32,000 nt of DNA from Candidatus Binatia bacterium (GTDB taxonomy: Bacteria > Desulfobacterota > Binatia > UBA9968). Positions 1 to 7,017 of this stretch are shown here, piece by piece. The notes below the pieces were generated by a model, which worked only from the letters and a program-made list of their open reading frames with translations, did not search any database and was not told the origin of the DNA. The position numbers were made by a program, and so were the translations under genes. Within the stretch, counting starts at the first letter, position 1. The number at the start of each line of letters is the position of its first letter. The DNA lies in NCBI GenBank assembly GCA_041483675.1, contig JBGPGE010000030.1, positions 1 through 32,000 of the forward strand, read 5' to 3'.

Positions 1-89
1 AGCATCACAGCGGCCTCATGCGGTGGGAAGCCGAGATCAAGGAACACATTGTTTGCGCCCTTCACTTGCCGTGCTTGTTTCTTCTTCAT
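1..89 (-). CDS. XRE/HTH antitoxin-like protein, N-terminal 29 codons only (runs off window start)
   Basis: Minus-strand ATG at 89..87 is preceded by GGAGAG. The translation MKKKQARQVKGANNVFLDLGFPPHEAAVM.. resembles N-termini of HigA/XRE-type antitoxins. The ATG overlaps (ATGA) the stop of an upstream toxin-like remnant. It is absent from the ORF track because the window edge truncates it. Confidence 0.4.
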   Translation of the reverse strand, partial: MKKKQARQVKGANNVFLDLGFPPHEAAVM

Positions 90-165
90 GACTGCTCTCC
101 GATTAACCTGTAACGCTGCACTGCCAGCTCAATGTCCGCCCGGGACCCGTCGCCGAATACCGGAA
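86..165 (-). pseudogene. C-terminal remnant of a RelE/HigB(Gp49)-like toxin
   Basis: The frame ending at TGA 88..86 reads ..PVFGDGSRADIELAVQRYRLIGEQS*. An ..IELAxxRY.. tail is typical of HigB/Gp49-type toxins encoded upstream of HTH antitoxins. No N-terminal part or start codon is present. The upstream sequence is replaced by the PIN-fragment block that begins at 160. Confidence 0.3.
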
Positions 166-369
166 TTAAAGCGGGCCGATCTTGGCGAGGTGGCGGACGC
201 GAGGAAGCGAGCGGGCGCGGTCGAAGAACGGCCGGTTGGCGGTGATAAACGGACAATCAAGCTCTACGGCGAGTGCTAGGAAAGAGGCATCGTAGAAGGT
301 AAGCCTCAGATCCCTTCCGAGCCGGGCGGCCCTTTTGCGCAACGGCATGGCCGGCGGGGCAAAGGACAA
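166..369 (-). pseudogene. PIN-domain (VapC) gene fragment, C-terminal ~67 codons
   Basis: The translation ..FAPPAMPLRKRAARLGRDLRLTFYDASFLALAVELDCPFITANRPFFDRARSLPRVRHLAKIGPL* aligns with the C-terminus of the intact PIN protein at 4264..4698. Nucleotide identity is about 88% by eye over 160..365 vs 4260..4465. An in-frame TAA lies immediately upstream (373..375), so the catalytic N-terminal half is missing. Confidence 0.75.
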
Positions 370-469
370 CGTTTACAACAAGGAAGTCATCCCGTAGTGG
401 CAGAGCCGCTTCGGTGGAAAGAGTGTGCTGTGAAAAAAGGGTTATTGAGAGAGGCGTGGAGTCGTCATT

Positions 470-1417
470 TTATGCATCCGGAAAACTGCCGTTTGATGCC
501 GGTTCTCTTCGCGGCGCGACGAGAGAAGCTACGATAGAAAGAGTGAGTATGCCAAGGATCACGGCGAGCGACAAACCAATGGGAATCTTGTAAACAGAGC
601 TGAGTAGCATTTTGATGCCGACAAATCCGAGGATCACGCCGAGCCCGTATCTAAGATAAATAAACAGGTCAACTACCCCAGCCAAAAGAAAGTAGAGCGA
701 CCGAAGGCCCAAAATCGCAAATACGTTTGACGTATAGACGATGAAGGGGTCCTGGCTGACCGCGAAGATGGCCGGAACCGAGTCCACCGCAAAAATCAGG
801 TCCGTCGTCTCAATAACCGACAGGACGACAAAAAGTGGGGTGACGGCAAGTTTGCCGTTCTTCCTCACGAAAAAACGTTTACCATCGTATTCGGTCGCGA
901 CCGGCATGAAGCGGCGCAGCAGCTGGAGTAGAGGATTTTTCTCCGGTGTAACGGTAATTTCCTGTTTCGAGAGCATTTTGATTCCCGTGAAGACTAAAAA
1001 TGCGCCGAAAATGTAAATGATCCAGTGAAACTGCTGCAGGAGCAAAGCGCCGGTCCCAATGAAAATCCCGCGCATAACGAGCGCGCCGAGAATGCCCCAG
1101 AAGAGCACGCGGTGTTGGTACGCCGGCGCCACGGAAAAATACGAGAGGATGATGATGAAGACAAAAATGTTATCGACGCTTAAGGAATATTCGATCAAAT
1201 AGCCGGTCAAAAATTCGAGTCCCTTTTCCGGTCCGAGAAAAATATAGACTCCGGCATTAAATATCAGCCCGAGCGTGACCCAAACTGCGCACCAAGTCGC
1301 GGACTCTTTGGTCGTGGCCGCGTGAGCTTTTCGGTGAAACACGCCCAGATCGAGGGCCAACATGCCGAAGACAAAAATGTTAAACACAACCCAAAGCATT
1401 ATCCGGTCCGTTGCCAT
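470..1417 (-). CDS. TerC family integral membrane protein (paralogue 1)
   Basis: 315 aa and multi-TM. Motifs LALDLGVFHRKAH, EYSLSVDNIFVF, ETTDLIFAVDSVPAIFAV and SNVFAILGLRSLYF are TerC-family hallmarks. ATG at 1417 has a GGAAGGA RBS. Confidence 0.9.
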   Translation of the reverse strand: MATDRIMLWVVFNIFVFGMLALDLGVFHRKAHAATTKESATWCAVWVTLGLIFNAGVYIFLGPEKGLEFLTGYLIEYSLSVDNIFVFIIILSYFSVAPAYQHRVLFWGILGALVMRGIFIGTGALLLQQFHWIIYIFGAFLVFTGIKMLSKQEITVTPEKNPLLQLLRRFMPVATEYDGKRFFVRKNGKLAVTPLFVVLSVIETTDLIFAVDSVPAIFAVSQDPFIVYTSNVFAILGLRSLYFLLAGVVDLFIYLRYGLGVILGFVGIKMLLSSVYKIPIGLSLAVILGILTLSIVASLVAPRREPASNGSFPDA

Positions 1418-1511
1418 AGCTTTTCCTTCCTGTAGTTTCCGTCATGGGTCTCGCAAACACTCATTTGCCGGTTCATAAGGCCGTGGTTGTCATGGTCGCG
1501 GCTCGGCGTTG

Positions 1512-2003
1512 TTACTCCCACTTGCCGGAGAGCGCGAGCATCATCATTGCGCCAGTTGTCGCTGCGACGACTGCGCCGATGACCCAATGGCGGCGTCTGT
1601 TCCGCAATAGTTCGTCGGTCAGTATTCCGCGCAGGGTCGTTTCGGCCTGGCTTTGGAACATGCCTTCCGTAATGGCCACCACCAGGTGTCTGGTGCCGCC
1701 TCCCACGACGTAGGCAACTTCATCTTTCCCGGGCAGCAAACATAGCTTGGGCATCCTAATCCGGTGCCGTAGCGTCAGTTCTTCCACAAGGCCGTAGAGC
1801 CACGGTGCCTCCGATGGGTGAATTTCCCTCGCGCCACGCAGATGTAAAATCACATCGGCAGTTGCCCGCCGGCTCATCCCGTGCAACACCAAGACAAGAA
1901 GGACGGCGATAAGGGCACCGGCTTGATCCTGTAGCCCGATAGTGGCCTTAACGAGGTACAACGCGAAAACCGCGACTAAAAACGCAATCGTCAGGATGTT
2001 CAT
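1512..2003 (-). CDS. HtpX/M48-like small membrane protein lacking the HExxH zinc site (pseudopeptidase?)
   Basis: I chose the internal ATG at 2003 (RBS GGAAGGGAG) rather than the track start at 2174. The N-terminal TM is followed by ..PWLYGLVEELTLRHRIRMPKLCLLPGKDEVAYVVGGGTRHLVVAITEGMF..ETTLRGILTDELLRN. This aligns by eye to the HtpX segment that ends in HEISH, but here the site reads TDELL. The protein ends after one more TM. Confidence 0.55.
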   Translation of the reverse strand: MNILTIAFLVAVFALYLVKATIGLQDQAGALIAVLLVLVLHGMSRRATADVILHLRGAREIHPSEAPWLYGLVEELTLRHRIRMPKLCLLPGKDEVAYVVGGGTRHLVVAITEGMFQSQAETTLRGILTDELLRNRRRHWVIGAVVAATTGAMMMLALSGKWE

Positions 2004-2198
2004 GCGAACTCCCTTCCGGCTCCGAATCAGCGCCCACGGTTCTATCGGTCCAATTTCCGGGTCGGCGCTGGGAGACGCGATAACGAGTCCCGGTCGCGGC
2101 CGTACAGCTGCAGCAGAGGGCAAACTCTGACTAAAGCGATTCGGACGCGTCGAAACTAACGCGGGTCCAAACAATTGGAGGGAAAAGGAGGAGGGCTG

Positions 2199-2519
2199 CT
2201 AAATGCGAAAGACCATCTGAAAGCTATGGAGATCCTGCTGTGAGAAGCCGAAGGGGTTTTTGATCCTTCCGAGAGCAAGAAAATATTCTCGACGGGGCGA
2301 GGCCCCGATCGACATCCTGGCCGACGATCTATCCCTTTGTGGACGATTTCGGACGACTGCTGACCGCGGTGGCGTGACGTAAGGATCGAGATCGTCCGCG
2401 TCGAAGGTGTCTTGCTCGCTGATATCGTTGGGGTTGGCAGCGACGTCGACGGCGTCTCCCAGCATTGCGCTGGCAAGCGGCAGGAAAAGCAGAAAGATAA
2501 GATTAACTCTGGCTCTCAC
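2199..2519 (-). CDS. hypothetical small secreted protein
   Basis: GTG start. The N-terminus RARVNLIFLLFLPLASA|ML looks like a signal peptide and the rest is acidic or low complexity. The RBS is weak and I recognise no homology. Confidence 0.3.
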   Translation of the reverse strand: MRARVNLIFLLFLPLASAMLGDAVDVAANPNDISEQDTFDADDLDPYVTPPRSAVVRNRPQRDRSSARMSIGASPRREYFLALGRIKNPFGFSQQDLHSFQMVFRI

Positions 2520-2608
2520 TGTAAGATCTTTCTACCAAACGCGTGTGATAGGGTCAACACTCGCTGGAAGGAATGGAAGAGTAAAGGAACAACAGACGGC
2601 ATTCTCGC

Positions 2609-2760
2609 AGTTCTTCTGTTCGTTGCTAGTGCTCCACTGTTCTATTGCTCGAATGCTCTAAAAATAAGAAAGCCCGGACACGGGATCAGTAGAACAGTAG
2701 ATCAGTGGACCGCATTGTCGCATTTTCCATTGTTCCAATGTCGAATGCTCCAATGCTCTA
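2609..2760. repeat. hairpin-type repeat whose arms are built from 8-nt periodic units
   Basis: One arm reads ctccactg/ttctattg/ctcgaatg/ctctaaaa and faces cagtagaa/cagtagat/cagtggac. A further block follows: ttccattg/ttccaatg/tcgaatgc/tccaatgc. The last two units lie inside the 91-bp direct repeat. Confidence 0.5.
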
Positions 2761-2833
2761 AATTTTTTGCGGCGCAAAAAATTTGGTGGTCCCAACGGGA
2801 ATCGAACCCGTGTTACCGACGTGAGAGGCCGGT
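2743..2833. repeat. 91-bp direct repeat, left copy (att-like)
   Basis: Base-for-base identical to 4985..5075. The flanking bases differ (c2742/a4984 and c2834/g5076). Confidence 0.95.
2784..2833 (-). pseudogene. tRNA-Glu(CUC) 3' fragment (anticodon loop to CCA, 50 nt)
   Basis: Identical to the 3' 50 nt of the intact tRNA-Glu at 5026..5100. The 5' half is absent and the sequence diverges after 2833. Confidence 0.9.
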
Positions 2834-2944
2834 CTGTCACTTGTTGGATAACGGATGGCGGCTAAGCTGCGGCCGCGCGTGATGCTACCATGCCTTGTGT
2901 CGAGCTGAGGCCGCCCGATTGGCTGAAGCCCGCGGCCGGCGGCT

Positions 2945-4021
2945 TCAGCGGCTTGTTGGGCGGCTCATGCGACGACGCTCCGCAAGTACGGATGCTGCCA
3001 CGCCGCCTGCCAGGACCGAGAGTATCAAAGCCAGCAAGTACAAGTTGAAGTGCTTCCCGAGGGCGAGCTTCAGCCATTCGGCAAGCAGCATCTTCACGCC
3101 CACTATCATAAGGACCAGTGCGAGCGAGACCTTCAGGTATCGGAACTTCTTCACCAGGCCGGCCAATGCGAAGTAGAGTGATCGCAGACCGAGAATCGCG
3201 AACACGTTGCTGGTGAACACCAAGAACGGGTCGCTCGTGATGGCGAAGATGGCCGGGATCGAGTCGACAGCAAAGATCAGATCGGTCGTCTCGACCATGA
3301 CGAGCGCCAGCGCCAGAGGCGTGAGGAGCAAGGTACCCGGCTGCGCCTTGTTCACGACCTCATCTGGGACCGTGGGTGCACCCGGGACCTCGCTCTCGTA
3401 CGACGCGGGTGCACCGGCGCGAACGACAAAGTGCTCGCCGTGGAACCTGGCGGTCACCGGGAACAAGCGGCGCGTCAACCGAACGACGATGTTCTTGTTC
3501 GGATCGGTGTGATCCGTCTTGAGAAAGAGCATCTTGATAGCCGTCAGGATCAGGAACACGGCGAAGAGGTACAGAATCCAGTGGAACTCTGCGATCAGCT
3601 TCGCTCCGATACCGATCATCGCACCGCGCAGGAGCAGAGCGCCGAGGATGCCCCAGAACAGCACGCGGTGCTGGTAGAGTGGCGGCACCGCGAAAAAGCC
3701 GAAGATCATCGCGATCACGAAGATGTTGTCCATGCTGAGGGACTTCTCGACGACGTAGCCTGTCAGGTACTTCTCCGTTGCCGTTGCGCCGCCGTTCGTC
3801 AGCCCATCGACCGCGTCCACCGTGGTGCCAAGGCCGAACCACTGGCCGTCGTAGGCGAAGTACACGAATACGGAGAATGACAACCCCATGCCTAGCCACA
3901 CGGCCGACCAAGCGAGCGTCTCCTTAACGCTGACCACATGGGCTTTGCGGTGAAAGACCCCCAGGTCCAATGCCAGCATCAGTAGGACAAACGCTATGAA
4001 TGCTATCCAGACCCACATCAC
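2945..4021 (-). CDS. TerC family integral membrane protein (paralogue 2, with two insertions relative to paralogue 1)
   Basis: 358 aa carrying the same TerC motifs (LALDLGVFHRKAH, EKSLSMDNIFV, ETTDLIFAVDSIPAIFAI, SNVFAILGLRSLYF). The start is GTG 4021 or ATG 4018, with GGAGG upstream. Confidence 0.9.
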   Translation of the reverse strand: MMWVWIAFIAFVLLMLALDLGVFHRKAHVVSVKETLAWSAVWLGMGLSFSVFVYFAYDGQWFGLGTTVDAVDGLTNGGATATEKYLTGYVVEKSLSMDNIFVIAMIFGFFAVPPLYQHRVLFWGILGALLLRGAMIGIGAKLIAEFHWILYLFAVFLILTAIKMLFLKTDHTDPNKNIVVRLTRRLFPVTARFHGEHFVVRAGAPASYESEVPGAPTVPDEVVNKAQPGTLLLTPLALALVMVETTDLIFAVDSIPAIFAITSDPFLVFTSNVFAILGLRSLYFALAGLVKKFRYLKVSLALVLMIVGVKMLLAEWLKLALGKHFNLYLLALILSVLAGGVAASVLAERRRMSRPTSR

Positions 4022-4115
4022 TCGGCGTGTGCCTCCGTCATGGACTTGAGCCGCCTAACTAATAATAGGTGGGCAGGTCAATCTATCTCCATCGACGATT
4101 TCATAATTGCCAAAA

Positions 4116-4144
4116 ATTGTACATTTATTTTCGGCGCCTGCCAA
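4116..4144 (-). promoter_or_regulatory. sigma70-like promoter for TerC paralogue 2
   Basis: The minus strand reads TTGGCA-N17-TACAAT (-35 at 4144..4139, -10 at 4121..4116). This leaves a leader of about 90 nt before the start codon. Confidence 0.4.
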
Positions 4145-4263
4145 CGAAAAACTTGACCCGACGAACACTGCATGATTGTCAGCCTTTGCCAGCTATGCTC
4201 GACCCAAATCGATCCCAAGTTGGCCCGGGCGGGCTGACGAAGCTAGACGTGCTGAGGCCGGAA

Positions 4264-4698
4264 TTAAAGCGGGCCGATCTTGGCGAGGTGGCGAACGCGA
4301 GGAAGCGAGCGAGCACGGTCAAAGAAGGACCGGTCGGCGGTGATAAGCGGGCAGTCAAGCTCTACGGCGAGCGCCAGGAAGGAGGCATCGTAGAAAGTGA
4401 GCCTGAACTCCTTTCCGAGCCGGGCGGCTCTTTTGAGCAACGGCGTGGCCGGCGGAGCGATGGTAAACGGCAAGGCCTCGACATCGGAAAGCGCAGCGTT
4501 CAAGCCGGCGGCGTCAAGGTCGGTCTTTAAGAGCAAGATGTTGCCGACCTCGTACAACAGCAAGGCGGGCACATGGACTTCCAGAGGACGGCGTTCTATG
4601 TCGGTGAGCAGGCGGCGGGCTTCGCTAACGAGTTCTTCGTTTCTGGTCTTGATCCACTTGATCAACACCGAAGTGTCAACGACGATTTTCTGCGCCAT
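4264..4698 (-). CDS. vapC: PIN-domain ribonuclease toxin VapC
   Basis: I used ATG 4698 (MAQKIVVDTSVLIKW..) rather than the track start at 4788. The N-terminal D in VVDTSV, then ..YEVGN.., then ..FYDASFLALA..PLITAD.. match PIN acidic residues. It overlaps the upstream antitoxin by 23 nt. Confidence 0.85.
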   Translation of the reverse strand: MAQKIVVDTSVLIKWIKTRNEELVSEARRLLTDIERRPLEVHVPALLLYEVGNILLLKTDLDAAGLNAALSDVEALPFTIAPPATPLLKRAARLGKEFRLTFYDASFLALAVELDCPLITADRSFFDRARSLPRVRHLAKIGPL

Positions 4699-4939
4699 GT
4701 CGGGTATCCCGGTAGTACCGGATGATGTCGGCCGAGTCCCACTGGCCGACCCAATGCCGCTCAAGCTCGCGCAGCGGGGCAAGCGCACGCTTCCAGGATT
4801 GCAGCCGCGAATTCTTGCCGTTGACGACGGTTCGGAGGGCCGCGCGAATCAACTCGCTGCGGGAGCGGCCCTGGGCATGGGCGGTGCGATCCACCTTTTT
4901 GAGGAATTCATCGGGAAGAGAAATCATCACTTTGGCCAT
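4676..4939 (-). CDS. vapB: ribbon-helix-helix (CopG/VapB-type) antitoxin
   Basis: 87 aa. MAKVMISLPDEFLKKVDRTAHAQGRSRSELIRAALR is a classic RHH N-terminus. A GGAGGT RBS precedes it, and it overlaps vapC. Confidence 0.8.
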   Translation of the reverse strand: MAKVMISLPDEFLKKVDRTAHAQGRSRSELIRAALRTVVNGKNSRLQSWKRALAPLRELERHWVGQWDSADIIRYYRDTRHGAENRR

Positions 4940-4984
4940 TGCAGGTCGACCTCCGAAAAGAGCGCAGCAGCAGAAATCTCGAAA

Positions 4985-5075
4985 GAATGCTCCAATGCTC
5001 TAAATTTTTTGCGGCGCAAAAAATTTGGTGGTCCCAACGGGAATCGAACCCGTGTTACCGACGTGAGAGGCCGGT
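4985..5075. repeat. 91-bp direct repeat, right copy (contains the 3' half of the intact tRNA-Glu)
   Basis: Identical to 2743..2833. It also contains the palindrome ttttttgcggcgcaaaaaa directly 3' of the tRNA. Confidence 0.95.
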
Positions 5076-5100
5076 GTCCTAACCGCTAGACGATGGGACC
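5026..5100 (-). tRNA. tRNA-Glu (anticodon CUC), CCA encoded
   Basis: The reverse complement is GGTCCCATCGTCTAGCGGTTAGGACACCGGCCTCTCACGTCGGTAACACGGGTTCGATTCCCGTTGGGACCACCA. It folds by hand into a cloverleaf with a 7-bp acceptor stem, anticodon loop CT-CTC-AC and T-loop TTCGATT. Confidence 0.9.
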
Positions 5101-5102
5101 TA

Positions 5103-5178
5103 TGGCTGAGGAGGTAGGACTCGAACCTACAATCGCCTGATCCAGAGTCAGGTGGCTTACCAGTTAGCCGACTCCTCA
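5103..5178 (-). tRNA. tRNA-Gln (anticodon CUG), CCA encoded
   Basis: The reverse complement is TGAGGAGTCGGCTAACTGGTAAGCCACCTGACTCTGGATCAGGCGATTGTAGGTTCGAGTCCTACCTCCTCAGCCA. It has the U1:A72 pair typical of tRNA-Gln, anticodon loop CT-CTG-GA, and is 76 nt long. Confidence 0.9.
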
Positions 5179-5191
5179 ATCGCAGTTAATT

Positions 5192-5220
5192 AAATTAAAA
5201 GAATCAGGAGGGAGAGTCAA
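5192..5220 (-). promoter_or_regulatory. sigma70-like promoter of the tRNA-Gln/tRNA-Glu operon
   Basis: The minus strand reads TTGACT-N17-TAATTT. The -10 ends 13 nt before the tRNA-Gln 5' end. Confidence 0.5.
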
Positions 5221-5221
5221 G

Positions 5222-5254
5222 CCGCTTACGGCCCGCTTACGGCCCGCTTACGGT
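5222..5254. repeat. 3 x 11-nt tandem repeat (ccgcttacggc)
   Basis: The units are ccgcttacggc, ccgcttacggc and ccgcttacggt. They lie exactly between the divergent tRNA promoter and ilvC promoter -35 boxes. Confidence 0.8.
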
Positions 5255-5268
5255 CCGGCCTGTTTTGG

Positions 5269-5298
5269 TTGACATAACCGCCCTTCGACGGCTATTCT
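5269..5298 (+). promoter_or_regulatory. sigma70-like promoter of ilvC
   Basis: TTGACA-N18-TATTCT lies about 25 nt upstream of the ilvC start. The RBS is GGAGGAG. Confidence 0.5.
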
Positions 5299-5323
5299 TA
5301 AGGTCCACGTTTGGAGGAGTACG

Positions 5324-6340
5324 ATGCAAGTTTATTATGACCGGGATGCGGACCTGAAATATCTCAAAGGCAAGAAGGTGGCGGTGTTGGGCTACGGTAG
5401 CCAGGGCCATGCGCACGCTAACAATCTGAAGGACTCGGGGGTTGAGGTCGCCGTCGGGCTGAAAAAGGGGAGCGCCTCGTGGCCCAAGGCCGAGAAGATG
5501 GGCCTCAAGGTCATGGAGACCGCCGAGGCGGCGAAGTGGGGCGATATCGTAATGATTTTGCTGCCGGACGAGCTCCAAGGCGAGGCTTACGAAAAGGAGA
5601 TTCGTCCGGGGCTGAAAGACGGCAATTACCTCGCCTTCGGCCACGGATTTAACATCCACTTCAAGAAGGTCGTGCCGGACAAAGGGGTCAACGTCTTTAT
5701 GGTCGCGCCCAAGGGGCCGGGCCATCTCGTGCGGAGCGAGTTTGAAAAGGGGCGCGGCGTGCCGTGTCTGCTGGCTGTCCAGCAGGATCCTTCGCGCGAC
5801 ACTAAACAGGTCGGCCTCGCCTATGCGAGCGCGCTGGGTGGCGCGCGCGCCGCGGTGATCGAAACAACTTTTAAGGACGAGACGGAGACCGATCTGTTCG
5901 GCGAGCAGTCGGTGCTCTGCGGCGGCCTTACGTCGCTGATCCAGGCCGGGTACGAAACGCTCGTCGACGCGGGTTATCCCCCGGAGATGGCCTACTTCGA
6001 GTGCGTCCACGAAGTGAAGCTGATCGTCGATCTCATTTATGAAGGCGGTTTGACCAACATGCGCTATTCGATCAGCAACACGGCCGAGTATGGCGATCTC
6101 ACGAGGGGCAAACGAGTGATCGGTCCCGAAGTGCGCCAAGCGATGAAAAAAATCTTGGCCGACATTCAATCCGGAAAATTCGCCGAGGAGTGGATCACGG
6201 AATGCCGCGCCGGCATGCCGCATTTCCGGGAGCTGAGAAAAGAGGCGGCGAATCATCCGCTGGAAAAAGTCGGCGAGCAGTTGCGGTCGATGATGCCGTG
6301 GTTGGGGCAGAACCGGCTGGTGGACAAGAGTAGAAATTAG
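5324..6340 (+). CDS. ilvC: ketol-acid reductoisomerase (class I)
   Basis: 338 aa. [34 protein letters not shown].. is the canonical IlvC N-terminus with its NADPH site. Confidence 0.97.
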   Translation: MQVYYDRDADLKYLKGKKVAVLGYGSQGHAHANNLKDSGVEVAVGLKKGSASWPKAEKMGLKVMETAEAAKWGDIVMILLPDELQGEAYEKEIRPGLKDGNYLAFGHGFNIHFKKVVPDKGVNVFMVAPKGPGHLVRSEFEKGRGVPCLLAVQQDPSRDTKQVGLAYASALGGARAAVIETTFKDETETDLFGEQSVLCGGLTSLIQAGYETLVDAGYPPEMAYFECVHEVKLIVDLIYEGGLTNMRYSISNTAEYGDLTRGKRVIGPEVRQAMKKILADIQSGKFAEEWITECRAGMPHFRELRKEAANHPLEKVGEQLRSMMPWLGQNRLVDKSRN

Positions 6341-6353
6341 GGCGACAGTAAGG

Positions 6354-6369
6354 GCGACCGGCCGGTCGC
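6354..6369. repeat. perfect 16-nt GC palindrome after ilvC (possible terminator or REP hairpin)
   Basis: The palindrome is gcgaccggccggtcgc, inside taagggcgaccggccggtcgcgcctaca. No T-tract follows it. The same 'tgtaggggc..gcccctaca'-type motif recurs at 21276..21343. Confidence 0.4.
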
Positions 6370-6399
6370 GCCTACACCGACGCCGCCGGCCTATCTAAA

Positions 6400-7017
6400 A
6401 TGAAGATCGCGAAAGAGGGTTATCCATTTATTCTGCCCGTGGCCGGGTTGGCGCTGCTGGCGTTTCTCGTCGGCTGGGCGTGGATCGGGTGGTGTTTTGC
6501 GCTGATCGCGTTTGCGTTTCTGGGCTTTTTCCGCGATCCTGAACGTATTGTGCCGCAGGGCGAAGGGCTGGTCGTATCGCCGGCGGACGGGAGGGTGATG
6601 GCGACTCGGGATTTGAGAGGCGAAGGGTTGCGAACCAGGGTCAGTATCTTTTTGTCGCCTCTCGATGTCCATATCAACCGCTCGCCGGTCGAAGGAAAGG
6701 TCGAGGAGGTTCGCTATCAGGCGGGCAAATTCTTCGCCGCCTATAAGGAAGCGGCCTCCGAGGCCAACGAGCGCAACGCCGTCACGGTGGTTGACAAGCA
6801 GGGCAGGAGATTCGGAGCGGTGCAGATCGCCGGCGTTGTGGCGCGGCGCATCGTCTGCAAAACTAAGGAAGGGGATTGGCTGGAGCGCGGCCAGAGATTC
6901 GGATTGATCAGGTTTGGCTCCAGGGTTGATTTGTATTTGCCCGACGGAACGCGAGTGGAAGTGGCGGAAGGGCAGCACGTGACGGGCGGCGAGACGATAA
7001 TCGCGAGGATGACATGA
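6400..7017 (+). CDS. psd: phosphatidylserine decarboxylase proenzyme (short, archaetidylserine-decarboxylase-like form)
   Basis: 205 aa with an N-terminal TM. It shows ..LSPLDVHINRSPVEG.. and the self-cleavage-type motif FGSRVDLYLP. Confidence 0.9.
   Translation: MKIAKEGYPFILPVAGLALLAFLVGWAWIGWCFALIAFAFLGFFRDPERIVPQGEGLVVSPADGRVMATRDLRGEGLRTRVSIFLSPLDVHINRSPVEGKVEEVRYQAGKFFAAYKEAASEANERNAVTVVDKQGRRFGAVQIAGVVARRIVCKTKEGDWLERGQRFGLIRFGSRVDLYLPDGTRVEVAEGQHVTGGETIIARMT

Larger units (their letters stand above)
2743..5075. mobile_element. candidate integrase-less integrated unit (CIME-like) at tRNA-Glu carrying TerC + vapBC
   Basis: Bounded by the perfect 91-bp direct repeats that include the tRNA 3' half. 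Cargo is TerC paralogue 2 plus a vapB/vapC pair. No recombinase ORF occurs in any frame. Confidence 0.5.

Noticed and set aside
1418-1511. Possible yybP-ykoY (Mn) riboswitch in the TerC leaders (also 4022..4115)
   Set aside because: The conserved GGGGAGUAG / UUGACA / AGACC cores were not seen by eye on the minus strand. Only a covariance-model scan could settle it, so no riboswitch is called.
2412-2882. 156-aa plus-strand ORF spanning the periodic repeat and the tRNA fragment
   Set aside because: It reads through repeat sequence and a tRNA-derived segment, and has no RBS or motif.
2922-2949. GC hairpin gctgaagcc..ggcttcagc near the TerC paralogue 2 stop as a terminator
   Set aside because: It overlaps the end of the coding sequence, and no T-tract follows on the minus strand.
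2834-4984. Search for an integrase or recombinase inside the tRNA-Glu direct-repeat-bounded unit
   Set aside because: All six frames are accounted for by TerC, vapC, vapB or shadow ORFs (3360..3911, 3431..3880, 4397..5089). None shows recombinase-like motifs.
5237-6256. 339-aa minus-strand ORF opposite ilvC
   Set aside because: It is a shadow ORF typical of GC-rich DNA. Its composition is Arg/Ala/Leu-rich with no motif, and it is fully antisense to an unambiguous ilvC.
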